64,000 bases of DNA from a virus (lineage: Duplodnaviria; Heunggongvirae; Uroviricota; Caudoviricetes), in IMG/VR virus record IMGVR_UViG_3300042474_001151, positions 48,431 through 112,430 of that record; one strand, written 5' to 3'. This document shows, piece by piece, positions 20,640-31,431 of the stretch (within the stretch, counting starts at the first letter, position 1; each line of letters begins with the position of its first letter). The notes under the pieces were generated by a model. It searched no databases and was not told the DNA's origin. It was given only the letters and a program-made list of their open reading frames with translations. The position numbers and the translations under genes are program-made.

Positions 20640-22050
20640 GTTAGGTATCATAATACCTTATAGGGATAGATACGAACAACTTATTGGATTTAAAAAAACA
20701 CTAATAGAATATCTAAATTCTAAAGGAATTGATTTTGAATTGATTGTTGTTGAACAAGACGATGCCAAAATTTTTAATAGGGGTAAACTATTAAACATAG
20801 GTTTTATTTATGCCAAAAAATTAAAATGTAACTACGTTGTTTTTCATGATGTGGATATGTTACCTTTAGATGTTGATTATTCTTATTCAGAAATACCATT
20901 ATTATTGGCAAGTAATTTTAAAACAACCGACGGAATCAAAAAAGTTTCATCCGACCAATATTTTAGTGGAGTCACTTTATTCCCTATTGAACTTTTTGAG
21001 AAGATAAATGGATACTCAAATGAATATTGGGGATGGGGATATGAGGATGATGATATGTTATATAGATGTCAAATATCTGACATACCATTAGACAAAAAAG
21101 AAATTCCACAAATGGGTGGAAATACTGCGGCATTAAAGTTTAACGGAGAAAATGCATATGTAAAGGGTAAAAATATTATTGGCAATAGTAAACAAATTAC
21201 ATTTTTTGTTACATTTTATCCTGATGAATTAACGTGTAACCATGAAACATACGACGATTCGTTTTCCGTTTTTACAATACCTGGATTTGATTTATCAATC
21301 AACTATAGTTCATATTCAAGATATAATTTTGAAATGTATGATAATAAAAAAAATATCATATATATCAATTCTGACATTAAAAAGAATTACAAGACAAATA
21401 TTGCAGTTACGATAGATTTTAGTAAAAAAGAAATCATAATGTATCAAGACGGTGTTCTTGTTTCCAATATTATATACACTGAAAGGAACTATGATTATAG
21501 AAAGGTAGATAATTTTTACTTAGGTGTTGGTAACCCCGATAGGGAAAAAAACGAAAAATATTTTAAAGGATTAATAAGTTCATTTTCGGCATTTTCTAAA
21601 ATATTAAACGAAAAAGAAATTGAGGAGATATCTAAAAATAAATTTTTTGGACTAACTCAAAATTTTGGAGAATACCAATCATCACACGATTTAAAAGTCT
21701 ATTATGATGCTAAATTTATTAAAGATTACAAGTTAATAGATTTATCTGGTAATGAAAATAATGGAGAAATTGTTAATTGTGAAATGGTTGGTTATTTATT
21801 CGACGAGGTTAAATTAATTGATGTTCCCTTTAAAAAAGAATGTACATTTGAACTTATACCACATGAAGAAAATGGTTACATTAATGGTGGATGGAAAAAC
21901 ATTACAACCAGATATAACCAAATGAGATTTCATAATGAAGTATCAAAAGGACATAAAAACATAAAAGACGACGGATTAAGTAATTGTACATATAAAGAAC
22001 ACAGTTACTCACATGTCAATAATCAAAAACATGTTGTAGTAGGAATATGA
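20626..22050 (+). CDS. GT7 (beta-1,4-galactosyltransferase-like) with inserted LamG domain
   Basis: IIIPYRDR, FNRGKLLNIGF, FHDVDMLP, GYSNEYWGWGYEDDD, then ALKFNG...LKVYYD...DLSGNENNG insert. Confidence 0.85.
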   Translation: MTKNKLGIIIPYRDRYEQLIGFKKTLIEYLNSKGIDFELIVVEQDDAKIFNRGKLLNIGFIYAKKLKCNYVVFHDVDMLPLDVDYSYSEIPLLLASNFKTTDGIKKVSSDQYFSGVTLFPIELFEKINGYSNEYWGWGYEDDDMLYRCQISDIPLDKKEIPQMGGNTAALKFNGENAYVKGKNIIGNSKQITFFVTFYPDELTCNHETYDDSFSVFTIPGFDLSINYSSYSRYNFEMYDNKKNIIYINSDIKKNYKTNIAVTIDFSKKEIIMYQDGVLVSNIIYTERNYDYRKVDNFYLGVGNPDREKNEKYFKGLISSFSAFSKILNEKEIEEISKNKFFGLTQNFGEYQSSHDLKVYYDAKFIKDYKLIDLSGNENNGEIVNCEMVGYLFDEVKLIDVPFKKECTFELIPHEENGYINGGWKNITTRYNQMRFHNEVSKGHKNIKDDGLSNCTYKEHSYSHVNNQKHVVVGI

Positions 22051-23459
22051 GTCATAAATTAGGAATCTGTATACCGTACAGAAATAGAAAGGAACATATT
22101 GATAGGTTAATTCCACACCTCTCAACACATTTAACAAATCAAGGAATTGACCATACGTTCTATGTGGGACATCAGATAGACGATAAACTATTTAATCGTG
22201 GAGCAATGAAAAACATTGCATCGCACTACGCTTTTGAAGACGGATGTGATTATATCGCTTGGCATGATGTTGATATGTTAACCTATGGTGAAGAAGGTCA
22301 AATATTAGGTGATTATTCATATCCTGAAGAAACACCAATACATATTGCAACTAAATTATCAAAATATAATTATGGGTTGGGTTATGATCAATACTTTGGT
22401 GGGGTTGTTTTGTTTAATAAAGAACAGGCATATAGAACAAACGGATATTCAAATGAGTATTGGGATTGGGGTCAAGAAGATGACGATTTATTTTGGAGAT
22501 GTTATTTTGAGGGTTTAACTACTGGTAGAATTATAAAAACAGAAAAAGATAAGTTAATTGCAACCTTTAATGGAGATAATTCTGCAATATATGTACCAAC
22601 AAATAGAGAAATTAGTTCATGTTTACATAATGACCACACAATAACATTGACGTTTAGTGCCGACCAACAAGAGGATAAGGTACCAATTTGGTTAGTGGGG
22701 GACGAAAACAAACAATTCATTGAATACCCTTTATTGAGAAAAGATGGAAGTTGGACGTGGGGATTATCGTTTAACAATTCAAGAGCGGTAACAATGACTG
22801 TATTTGATAGAACAAATATGCGACATTATAATTGGGTAAAAAGATTTGAGGGGATGTGGACACAAGTCACGTTGAGTTACAATTCAGAAGAACAAAATAC
22901 GTACTTCTATGTTAATGACGAATTGATATCTCAAATGAATGGATTAAAACAAAATATACCATTTCCAATTAGAGAACAACTAAAAACACATGACGCGATT
23001 AAACCATTTATATTAGGATTTTGTCCTCATGTTAATACAAGATTTAAAGGTAAGATATCCGACTTTAAAATATATAATAAGTTTTTTAACAATATAAATG
23101 ATGTTTACGAAAATACGGAAAATATTGTTTTAGATATGGACATGAATAGTGAACATATTGTTAATCAAAATACTAATTTATCAATCGAAGATATTGAAAT
23201 AATTGAAAATATTATTCCACATAGAAGAGAGGGTAGTTTTTATTGTTTACCGCACGTAGATGAAGGTTTCATGAACGGAAAATGGGCCAAAGGAGAAACA
23301 ACGGCCAGAAATGAAAAACGATTTGTTACCGAAATGCAACAAGGTAAGATAAACTATAAAGAAGACGGACTAAACAAAATTTTAGATGTTTTAGATATTG
23401 ATAGTATCGACGATACGTTGTACCCTAACACTAAATTCATAAATGTAAAAATGAAATAA
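22047..23459 (+). CDS. GT7-like glycosyltransferase with inserted LamG domain, tandem paralog
   Basis: ICIPYRNR, FNRGAMKNI, WHDVDML, YFGGVVLF, GYSNEYWDWGQEDDD, then LamG-like insert. Confidence 0.85.
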   Translation: MSHKLGICIPYRNRKEHIDRLIPHLSTHLTNQGIDHTFYVGHQIDDKLFNRGAMKNIASHYAFEDGCDYIAWHDVDMLTYGEEGQILGDYSYPEETPIHIATKLSKYNYGLGYDQYFGGVVLFNKEQAYRTNGYSNEYWDWGQEDDDLFWRCYFEGLTTGRIIKTEKDKLIATFNGDNSAIYVPTNREISSCLHNDHTITLTFSADQQEDKVPIWLVGDENKQFIEYPLLRKDGSWTWGLSFNNSRAVTMTVFDRTNMRHYNWVKRFEGMWTQVTLSYNSEEQNTYFYVNDELISQMNGLKQNIPFPIREQLKTHDAIKPFILGFCPHVNTRFKGKISDFKIYNKFFNNINDVYENTENIVLDMDMNSEHIVNQNTNLSIEDIEIIENIIPHRREGSFYCLPHVDEGFMNGKWAKGETTARNEKRFVTEMQQGKINYKEDGLNKILDVLDIDSIDDTLYPNTKFINVKMK

Positions 23460-24874
23460 TGAATTTTAACGAAACTAAAATAAAGTTGGATAAAATTGGT
23501 TGTGGGTTCTGTTTAGCTAAATGGACTCAGGTTACTATGCACTTACACAATGGAATGACACATTCTTGTCATCATCCAGCTCCCCATAAAATAAGTTTAG
23601 AGGAGTTAGAACGAAACCCAACAGCATTACATAATAGTAAGGTAAAAAAACAAGCAAGAAAGGAAATGATGGAAGGTAAACGACCGTCCGAATGTCAATA
23701 TTGTTGGAACATTGAAGACAACTCAACATCATTTTCTGATAGAGTATTTAAATCGGCAGAACCATGGTCCGAACCTCACTTTGAAGATATTAGTAAATTA
23801 CATTGGAGAGAAGACTATATACCGAAATATGTTGAGGTTAGTTTTTCAAATGTGTGTAATTTTAAATGTGCCTATTGTGGTCCACTATATTCATCTAAAT
23901 GGATGGATGAAATTAATAAACACGGGGGATATGAATTACCATCTTCAACATATAATGGGTTAGATGAGATTGACAGAGATAAAACAAAACCATATAAACA
24001 CTCAGAACAAAATCCATATGTTGATGCGTTTTGGGATTGGTGGCCGAAGTTATATGATAATTTAGATACTTTTAGAATTACAGGAGGAGAACCCCTACTA
24101 TCAAAAGATTTTTGGGGTGTATTGGATAATATATTAAACAACGAATACCCCAATAGGAATCTTAAATTGTCCATTAATAGTAATTTAGGTGTTGATGATG
24201 TTTTAATCGATAAATTAATCGAAAAAGTTGGTAAGATTATAGACGAGGACAGAATTAAAGAATGTATAATTTATACATCATGTGACACATACGGAGAACA
24301 AGCTGAGTATATTAGATACGGATTAAAATTCGATACATTAATATCCAATATAGAAAAAATCCTATCAAAATTAAATAAGGTTACAATTGTTGTTATGTCA
24401 ACATTTAATATCTTTAGTGTTTTTTCATATGAAAAATTAATAAAAAAAATATACGAATTAAAGGTAAAATATTATAATCCAAATAGATATTGGAGTTCGT
24501 CAATTATTTTGGATACGTCTTATCTTAGACATCCAAACTTTTTAAGTTTCACATTATTAGCCGATTATATTAATGAAGATTATTTTGAGAGATTTGAAAA
24601 ATATATGAAGTTTAATTCAACATATGATAGTCTTAAATTTAATCCCCCAAAATCGATTAACGATGTTGGATTTTCACTAAAAGAAATTGAGAAGATAACA
24701 AGATTAAAAGATTATTTTATTAACGAATTTAAAAAGGATGACAAATATTATACTAATCTGAAAGATTTTAATAGTTTCATAAATGAATATGAAGTAAGGA
24801 GAGGTTTGAATTGTATTGAATATTTTCCTGAATTAAAATCGTTTATCAAAAAAATTAACGATAATGAAAATTGA
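23459..24874 (+). CDS. radical SAM protein with N-terminal twitch/SPASM-like Cys cluster
   Basis: CNFKCAYC (CxxxCxxC), ITGGEPLL; N-terminal CLAKW...SCHH...ECQYCW. Confidence 0.85.
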   Translation: MNFNETKIKLDKIGCGFCLAKWTQVTMHLHNGMTHSCHHPAPHKISLEELERNPTALHNSKVKKQARKEMMEGKRPSECQYCWNIEDNSTSFSDRVFKSAEPWSEPHFEDISKLHWREDYIPKYVEVSFSNVCNFKCAYCGPLYSSKWMDEINKHGGYELPSSTYNGLDEIDRDKTKPYKHSEQNPYVDAFWDWWPKLYDNLDTFRITGGEPLLSKDFWGVLDNILNNEYPNRNLKLSINSNLGVDDVLIDKLIEKVGKIIDEDRIKECIIYTSCDTYGEQAEYIRYGLKFDTLISNIEKILSKLNKVTIVVMSTFNIFSVFSYEKLIKKIYELKVKYYNPNRYWSSSIILDTSYLRHPNFLSFTLLADYINEDYFERFEKYMKFNSTYDSLKFNPPKSINDVGFSLKEIEKITRLKDYFINEFKKDDKYYTNLKDFNSFINEYEVRRGLNCIEYFPELKSFIKKINDNEN

Positions 24875-25610
24875 GTATAAAAAACCGTATTGGATAAAAT
24901 ACAAATGGGAACGAAAGGACAACGATAGTCAATTAGTTTTTGTTACTCCGTATAATAGATCACTCGCAAATGAAGTCTCTAATTTTATATATAATGATTG
25001 TTTTTCAATTATGTGTAAATTTAAAATAGAGAATAATTTTACTAAAGATGTAAAGGCAGGAATATACGGTAAGTCTGGTCAAAATTTCGGATTAAATTTT
25101 GATTATTCAATTGATTCGTTGGTTTTTGAATTTAGAACGATAGACATTAATAATGAAATTAAATTTCACTGTATTATTATTGACAAGGTTAATTCAAAAT
25201 TGATAAACGATGGAGTAAACATTATTATTGTTAAAAATAAAAATCAAATTATAATTTATTGTAACTCAAAGGTTGTATTTAAATATGAATATAATGGTGA
25301 CCCACTTATCGAAGATTATAGGGACTTACCGTTTTATTTAGGATGTTTAAATCCTGGCGCCACAGATAAAAAAGATAGATGTTATACAGAAATGAATGTT
25401 AATCACTTCTCAATTATTAATAATAATAAATCAGCGGAAATTGCATTATCATTAATCAATTCTGAATATCATACTTTACCAATGAAATCATATTATAAAG
25501 ATATTTTATGTTTATATGATTTTGAATTAATAAACAGTTACGGTAACATTTTTGATAATTCAAAATACTCTAATTTTTTAGAATTAATACCTAAAAATTA
25601 TGTAATATGA
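24864..25610 (+). CDS. LamG-like hypothetical protein
   Basis: beta-rich, IIIYCNSK...PFYLGC...LCLYDF pattern. Confidence 0.45.
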   Translation: MKIEYKKPYWIKYKWERKDNDSQLVFVTPYNRSLANEVSNFIYNDCFSIMCKFKIENNFTKDVKAGIYGKSGQNFGLNFDYSIDSLVFEFRTIDINNEIKFHCIIIDKVNSKLINDGVNIIIVKNKNQIIIYCNSKVVFKYEYNGDPLIEDYRDLPFYLGCLNPGATDKKDRCYTEMNVNHFSIINNNKSAEIALSLINSEYHTLPMKSYYKDILCLYDFELINSYGNIFDNSKYSNFLELIPKNYVI

Positions 25611-26983
25611 TAAATTTTGGATTTGACGGTGTAATAAGTTATAATGAAATGGGTGAGATAGAGATACCCTACCCAAACGCATACAACAAGGAATTATATT
25701 GGTTTAATATGGATGTGTACTGTGACAAGTACGGCAATTTCCCAATACAAAATAGTTTAATCGATAAAGACGATTTCTTATTTTTAAACGGAAGATCCAT
25801 TTATTCTAATTTAAATGATGATTTATATGCATTTAGAAAAGATACGATAGACAACTACATAAAAAATAACGAATCGTTTCTATATCCAATTTTGATATGG
25901 AATAATGATTTGTTTGATGGACGTGCCGATATTGTTTTATCCGATAAAATCAAAGAACAAGTTAAATTAAATAAATGTAAATTAGTAATCTTCTACATTA
26001 CTGAACCATGGTTTATGTATGAACATTGTTACATTTGGATGTCCGAATTTTCAAAAAAGAATGAACTCAACAAAGATAATTTTATATTCGTCTCATCGAA
26101 TCTATTATCTCCGGAAGTTAAAGATAGATATGTAAGTGAGGGTTTAATTGAGAATAATTTTACCATAATAGAATTTAACTATTTTTTTCATAGGTTATGG
26201 TTCAATAAAGATAATTTTCATAGAGACTTCTCGGAAGATTTGTATGAAAAAATAATGACCGAAAATTTAAGAAAACAAAAAAACACAAAAGAAAAACATT
26301 TTTTATGTTTTAATAGGAAACCACACGACCATCGAGTAGCGATTTTTGCTGAAATAATGACAAACTCAAAGCTAAGGAACAAAAGTATCGTAACCTTAGG
26401 TAGTGAAACATTAATCTATGGTCAAAAAAACAAAGAGGCTATTCGTAGATATATTGACGATTCATATAAACATGGACATCAAAGATTGTACGATTTCATA
26501 GACAATTACGATTCACAAATAGATTACACATATGACACAGAATCATTGGTGGATGAACAATCTATACACATTAACATAGATGCTCAAACTAAGACGTTTT
26601 GTAATGTGGTGACCGAAACATTAACTGCAGAAGATTTATTGTTTTTTTCCGAAAAAATTATAAAACCAATTTTTTCATTACAACCATTTATAATTTTTGG
26701 TAACAGAAATAGTTTAAAAAAATTAAAAGAATATGGATTTAAAACTTTTGATAAATGGTGGGATGAAAGTTACGATGAATTGAAATACCAAAATAGGTTT
26801 GAACGTATTGTGGAGGTAATGGAAGATATCTCAACGTGGGATGATGATAAAATAAATAGAACATTGGAAGAGATGGAATCTATATTAATACATAATTTTA
26901 AAATGTTAATTGAAGATAAATCAACAATTCAATTCTTTGATAAATTCATAAATAAAACTACTAACACAATAAAACCTATATAA
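25607..26983 (+). CDS. putative GT-B glycosyltransferase-related protein (GT10/exostosin-like C-terminus)
   Basis: HFLCFNRKPHDHR, CNVVTET, FSEKIIKPI..QPFII.G...LK.YGFKTFDKWWDESYD. Confidence 0.5.
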   Translation: MINFGFDGVISYNEMGEIEIPYPNAYNKELYWFNMDVYCDKYGNFPIQNSLIDKDDFLFLNGRSIYSNLNDDLYAFRKDTIDNYIKNNESFLYPILIWNNDLFDGRADIVLSDKIKEQVKLNKCKLVIFYITEPWFMYEHCYIWMSEFSKKNELNKDNFIFVSSNLLSPEVKDRYVSEGLIENNFTIIEFNYFFHRLWFNKDNFHRDFSEDLYEKIMTENLRKQKNTKEKHFLCFNRKPHDHRVAIFAEIMTNSKLRNKSIVTLGSETLIYGQKNKEAIRRYIDDSYKHGHQRLYDFIDNYDSQIDYTYDTESLVDEQSIHINIDAQTKTFCNVVTETLTAEDLLFFSEKIIKPIFSLQPFIIFGNRNSLKKLKEYGFKTFDKWWDESYDELKYQNRFERIVEVMEDISTWDDDKINRTLEEMESILIHNFKMLIEDKSTIQFFDKFINKTTNTIKPI

Positions 26984-27828
26984 TGAATTTTACATATGTA
27001 TATGTCCCTAAAGAAGATGATAAGAAATTAGATTCAGAGTTCTATCTAATCGATGTAATATTACTTGTTTTGAGCGTGTCTAAAATAAAAAGATTTAAAA
27101 CTGAGGACGACAAGTTAATATTTTATTCAACCAAAGAGTTCTATGAATACTTAAAACCGTTGAATTTGTTTGATGATTTTTATGAAATTAAAGATGAGAA
27201 TGTCTACATAAAAAATCAACAACATGAATATTGTCATAAGAATAACATATATAAAATATATGTAACTACTTTACAATCAGGACCCTTCATCAATTTTGAC
27301 CATGATTTTGTTGTGTACGATAAGGGATTTTTGGATAAAGTAAAAACTATGGATTTGGTATTGGCTCACCAAGAATTTTTAACCGAACCGGTGTATCAAC
27401 CAACATACTTACCAACTTTAGATTTAGTAATAGATGAAATCGGAGACCATCATGAATTATTACAAAATTTAGACAAAGACTACTCAATTAATGTGTCCAT
27501 CTATGGTGGTAAACGTTCAGATATAATAAAAGACTCATATCAAAAAATATGGAATTTTTATATTGAAAACTACGTAGGATTAAATAGGATTCCACTTATG
27601 GTGATGTTCTTAGATCAATTTCTTTTAAAAACACAAATATACAGAACTGATGTGAGACCATACTATTGTTGGAACGATATTGGGGAGGGTAAATGTGTAC
27701 ACTTCACTGGTTTTAGATATCATTTAGAAAATAGAAAAAGGATAGTGAAAGAACTTATCGAGGAAAATCGTTCAGCATACGACTATATTGTCAAAGAATT
27801 TGGGTTTCATCCAAATTATATGATTTAG
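26983..27828 (+). CDS. GT-A-like hypothetical protein
   Basis: KIYVTTLQSGPFINFDHDFV (DxD) pattern. Confidence 0.4.
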   Translation: MNFTYVYVPKEDDKKLDSEFYLIDVILLVLSVSKIKRFKTEDDKLIFYSTKEFYEYLKPLNLFDDFYEIKDENVYIKNQQHEYCHKNNIYKIYVTTLQSGPFINFDHDFVVYDKGFLDKVKTMDLVLAHQEFLTEPVYQPTYLPTLDLVIDEIGDHHELLQNLDKDYSINVSIYGGKRSDIIKDSYQKIWNFYIENYVGLNRIPLMVMFLDQFLLKTQIYRTDVRPYYCWNDIGEGKCVHFTGFRYHLENRKRIVKELIEENRSAYDYIVKEFGFHPNYMI

Positions 27829-27844
27829 ATTAGGATTTTATTGG

Positions 27845-27873
27845 TTGATTAATTGAATTTTTTGATATATATT
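27845..27873 (+). promoter_or_regulatory. sigma70-like promoter TTGATT-N17-TATATT
   Basis: 17-nt spacer, 12 nt upstream of ATG 27886. Confidence 0.6.
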
Positions 27874-27885
27874 TGTATAGAATAT

Positions 27886-29196
27886 ATGAAAAAATCAAAA
27901 ACATTTTGTGCCATGCCATTCGTTAGTACGATGGTAAATAGTGATGGAAAATATAGATATTGTTGCATCGCTGAGGGTAAACCCGACATTATCGATTTAA
28001 CGAACAACGGAAAAGTTTTACACGTTACCAATTCAACAATAGAGGAAACCTACAATTCAGATACTGTCAGAGACATTAGAAAGAAAATGATTGCCGGTGA
28101 AGAAGTACCCGCATGTAGTAAATGTCAATTACAAAGTAAAATCGGTAGACAAAGTTATCAAGACTTAATGACCAACGAATGGGTATGGAGATTGGGTGCC
28201 GATAAAATAGACGCGTTAGTTAAAGAGGCGGCTGAAAACGATGGATGGATTAATGATTCTCCAGTTTATTTGGATTTACGTTTGGGTAACCTGTGTAATT
28301 TCAGATGTAGAATGTGTAACCCATACAATTCAAGTTCAATCGCAAAAGAACACTTTGACCTTTGGGAGAGAGATGAGAAGTACAAAGAAATCTACCAATC
28401 AGAGTATGGTGGAAACCCAACACATTTAAAGGACCAAGCTACTTGGTTTGAAAGTGATATGTTATGGGACCAAGTCGAGGCGTTGATACCATCATTAAAG
28501 AAGGTTTATATGACTGGCGGGGAACCCACTTTAATAGAAAATAACTATTATTTTATGGAGAAGTGTATTGAAATGGGTAGAAAAGATATTGTTCTATTCT
28601 TCAATACTAACTGTTCAAATTTAACCGATAAGTTCTTAAATATATTATCTAAGTTCGATAAAGTATCGATTAATGCAAGTGTCGACGGTTTTGGTAAATT
28701 GAATGATTATATTAGATACCCATCACATTGGGAAAAAATCAGTGCAAACTTTGAAAAATTAGCTCAATTACCTAACATAGATTTAGGTATGAGTCCGGTT
28801 GTACAAGTTTATAACGTTTTTGATATTGATAAAATAATAGATTATGTTTTTGAGGTTAATAAAAAATACAATAGAGACATTTTTATTGATTTCTTAATTG
28901 ACACTAAACCGAGAAATTTGGATGTCAAGATTTTACCTGACGTTATTAGACAAGCAGCTAAAAATAAGTTAGAAAATTATTTAGAACAAAAGTTTAAAGA
29001 TGGTGTACATGATTATACAAAAAATAGTACATACGCCATATTGAATTTACTAACTGAAGAAAGATTAAAAACAGCCGAATTAGATTTAGAGAGTTTTAAA
29101 TCGTACACCTCAATATTGGACAAAAACAGAAAACAAAATTTCGAAGAGGTGTGTATTGAATTAAATGAACATTTAAAAAAATACTATGCTCAATAA
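27886..29196 (+). CDS. radical SAM protein with N-terminal twitch-like cluster
   Basis: FCAMPF...YCC...CSKC, LGNLCNFRCRMC, TGGEP. Start moved to ATG 27886, downstream of a promoter. Confidence 0.85.
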   Translation: MKKSKTFCAMPFVSTMVNSDGKYRYCCIAEGKPDIIDLTNNGKVLHVTNSTIEETYNSDTVRDIRKKMIAGEEVPACSKCQLQSKIGRQSYQDLMTNEWVWRLGADKIDALVKEAAENDGWINDSPVYLDLRLGNLCNFRCRMCNPYNSSSIAKEHFDLWERDEKYKEIYQSEYGGNPTHLKDQATWFESDMLWDQVEALIPSLKKVYMTGGEPTLIENNYYFMEKCIEMGRKDIVLFFNTNCSNLTDKFLNILSKFDKVSINASVDGFGKLNDYIRYPSHWEKISANFEKLAQLPNIDLGMSPVVQVYNVFDIDKIIDYVFEVNKKYNRDIFIDFLIDTKPRNLDVKILPDVIRQAAKNKLENYLEQKFKDGVHDYTKNSTYAILNLLTEERLKTAELDLESFKSYTSILDKNRKQNFEEVCIELNEHLKKYYAQ

Positions 29197-30454
29197 AGAT
29201 AGAGAACAAAGTAAAACCTTCTGTATTTTACCATGGGTACATACCGCAACATACACCGACGGAACTGCATTATTATGTTGTGTTGCTTCACCGGATAGTG
29301 GTTTAAATTTAAATACAAGTACAATTAATGACGTTAAAAATAGTGATTACTTTAAGAACGCTAGAAAGACATTATTAAGTGGTGATAAATTTAGTGCATG
29401 TAGTGTTTGTTATAAGGAAGAAGCCGTTGGAGTAAAAAGTCATAGGTTAAATGAAAATCGTTTATGGGATACCCTACTCACTAAAGAATTAGTGGATGAG
29501 ATTGTAAAGAACACACATGAAGACGGTACAATTGATAATGATTTATATACATTAGATTTTAGATTAGGAAACACATGTAATTTGGCGTGTGTGATGTGTA
29601 GACCACAAGATAGTTCTAAGTGGTTAAATGAGGCGAAGAAATTATCTAATGAACTTGAGACTGATGCTAAGTGGGATTGGAAACACAAATCACAAATTGA
29701 CTTAAGTAAGTTTGAATGGTACAAGAGAAAAGAATTCTTAGAAGATTTCTACGAGAGTTGTGGTAATATGAGATTAATGATTTTTGCTGGAGGAGAACCA
29801 CTATTAATCAAAGAACATAAGGAGATGATTCGTGAAATGGTAAAACGTGGACACGCAAAAAACATCCAAGTTAATTATCACACAAACGGAACAATATATG
29901 ATACAGAATTGATGGAGTTATGGAAAAATTTTAAAAAAGTCGAACTATTCATATCAATAGACGGTATTGATAAAGTAACCGAATATGTAAGATACCCATC
30001 AAGTTTCGATGTGATTAAACGTAACCTCAAAATGTATGATGATAATGCCCCCGATAATATGACATTTAAGATTCTTTATACGGTACAAGCATTAAACATA
30101 TTCTATTTACCTGAGTTTGCGGATTGGTTGGAATCACAAAACTATCGTAAGATTATTTTTAGAAGTAAATACGATACCATATTTCACACAGGAGTATTAT
30201 GGGGACCTGATTATTTATCAACTAAAATATTACCAACTAAAGTCAAAGAAATAATCACTAAAAAACTAGGTGACTACGTTGAACTAAAAAAAGATACGTT
30301 GAACGTGTGGAATTTTAATGAAATGGTAAATATTATGAATTCATCTGATGATTCACATTTGTTAAACCAATTCGACGAATATCTAATAAAAATGGATCTT
30401 TATAGAAATTTAAATCATAAGGAAACATTTAAAGAACTACTTAATTTATTTTAA
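29186..30454 (+). CDS. radical SAM protein with N-terminal twitch-like cluster, tandem paralog
   Basis: FCILPW...LCC...CSVC, LGNTCNLACVMC, AGGEP. Confidence 0.85.
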   Translation: MLNKDREQSKTFCILPWVHTATYTDGTALLCCVASPDSGLNLNTSTINDVKNSDYFKNARKTLLSGDKFSACSVCYKEEAVGVKSHRLNENRLWDTLLTKELVDEIVKNTHEDGTIDNDLYTLDFRLGNTCNLACVMCRPQDSSKWLNEAKKLSNELETDAKWDWKHKSQIDLSKFEWYKRKEFLEDFYESCGNMRLMIFAGGEPLLIKEHKEMIREMVKRGHAKNIQVNYHTNGTIYDTELMELWKNFKKVELFISIDGIDKVTEYVRYPSSFDVIKRNLKMYDDNAPDNMTFKILYTVQALNIFYLPEFADWLESQNYRKIIFRSKYDTIFHTGVLWGPDYLSTKILPTKVKEIITKKLGDYVELKKDTLNVWNFNEMVNIMNSSDDSHLLNQFDEYLIKMDLYRNLNHKETFKELLNLF

Positions 30455-30456
30455 TT

Positions 30457-31431
30457 ATGGCAAAGATTTTAAAAGTCACAATGACTAAAAAAGATGGTAC
30501 AACATTACCATTACACTATGCACTTTATGACAACAATCCAGTTGTTGATAGATGGATTCAAATGACAAAACAATCATTGGGGAAGAATATGGAAATAAAG
30601 GCTAGAGTGACAAATAACGAATTTAATAATATTGGTTATTTGATGGAACAAATCAATGAAGTACTTGTCTTTATTAATCAAAACTACGATAAGGAATTAC
30701 CAACCTTTACTGACTTTAATGAATTAGATAGCGCAATTTTAAATTACTTACATGAAGAGTTTGAAGTATATGGAGATAGAATCACCTTACTACAAGAGGA
30801 AAATAGGTGGTCGTTTGAATTACATGAGAAATTCTTATCGTTAAATGAATTTATCCATATGATTGAAACTGCAATTCATAGTGCGGAACATAAGTTTCCT
30901 AATTTTAGTTGTTTATATGATTTTTTACCTGCCGGATTACACGAACCCGTAACTGAAGTTGATAAATTGTTCTTAGAAGATAGATTTGAGTGGGGAGGTT
31001 TATATTGTGGATATAATACCTTAGGTAAAGATTATCTTTCAATTGCACCTGAAAATGATTGGGAAGTGATTTACAGAGATGAGGTTAGACCACAAATAAG
31101 ATTTGCACCGGAAACATGGATGAACTTTGGTCCCGACATGACTAATACAATACGAGAAAGTTTTTATAAATGGTACACCACATTATCACCTGAAGTACAA
31201 GCTAAAGTCCCAATAGATGATATGCATAAATTATCTTTAGGAAGATATAAGTTAGGTAGATTAATTTTAGATGATAGTATTAAACAAATTGAACCTAATG
31301 TCGAAAAATGGTTTGTGCCTGCGGGACCATCAGTTGCGTGGGCATTAGGTGACGATAGTTGTAAGGCAAAATGGAATAGAGAAATATTCACACAAGTTAA
31401 CGGGATACAAAAAATTGAAATTTTTGATTAA
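30457..31431 (+). CDS. hypothetical protein within radical SAM cluster
   Basis: 324 aa, translationally coupled. No motif recognised. Confidence 0.6.
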   Translation: MAKILKVTMTKKDGTTLPLHYALYDNNPVVDRWIQMTKQSLGKNMEIKARVTNNEFNNIGYLMEQINEVLVFINQNYDKELPTFTDFNELDSAILNYLHEEFEVYGDRITLLQEENRWSFELHEKFLSLNEFIHMIETAIHSAEHKFPNFSCLYDFLPAGLHEPVTEVDKLFLEDRFEWGGLYCGYNTLGKDYLSIAPENDWEVIYRDEVRPQIRFAPETWMNFGPDMTNTIRESFYKWYTTLSPEVQAKVPIDDMHKLSLGRYKLGRLILDDSIKQIEPNVEKWFVPAGPSVAWALGDDSCKAKWNREIFTQVNGIQKIEIFD

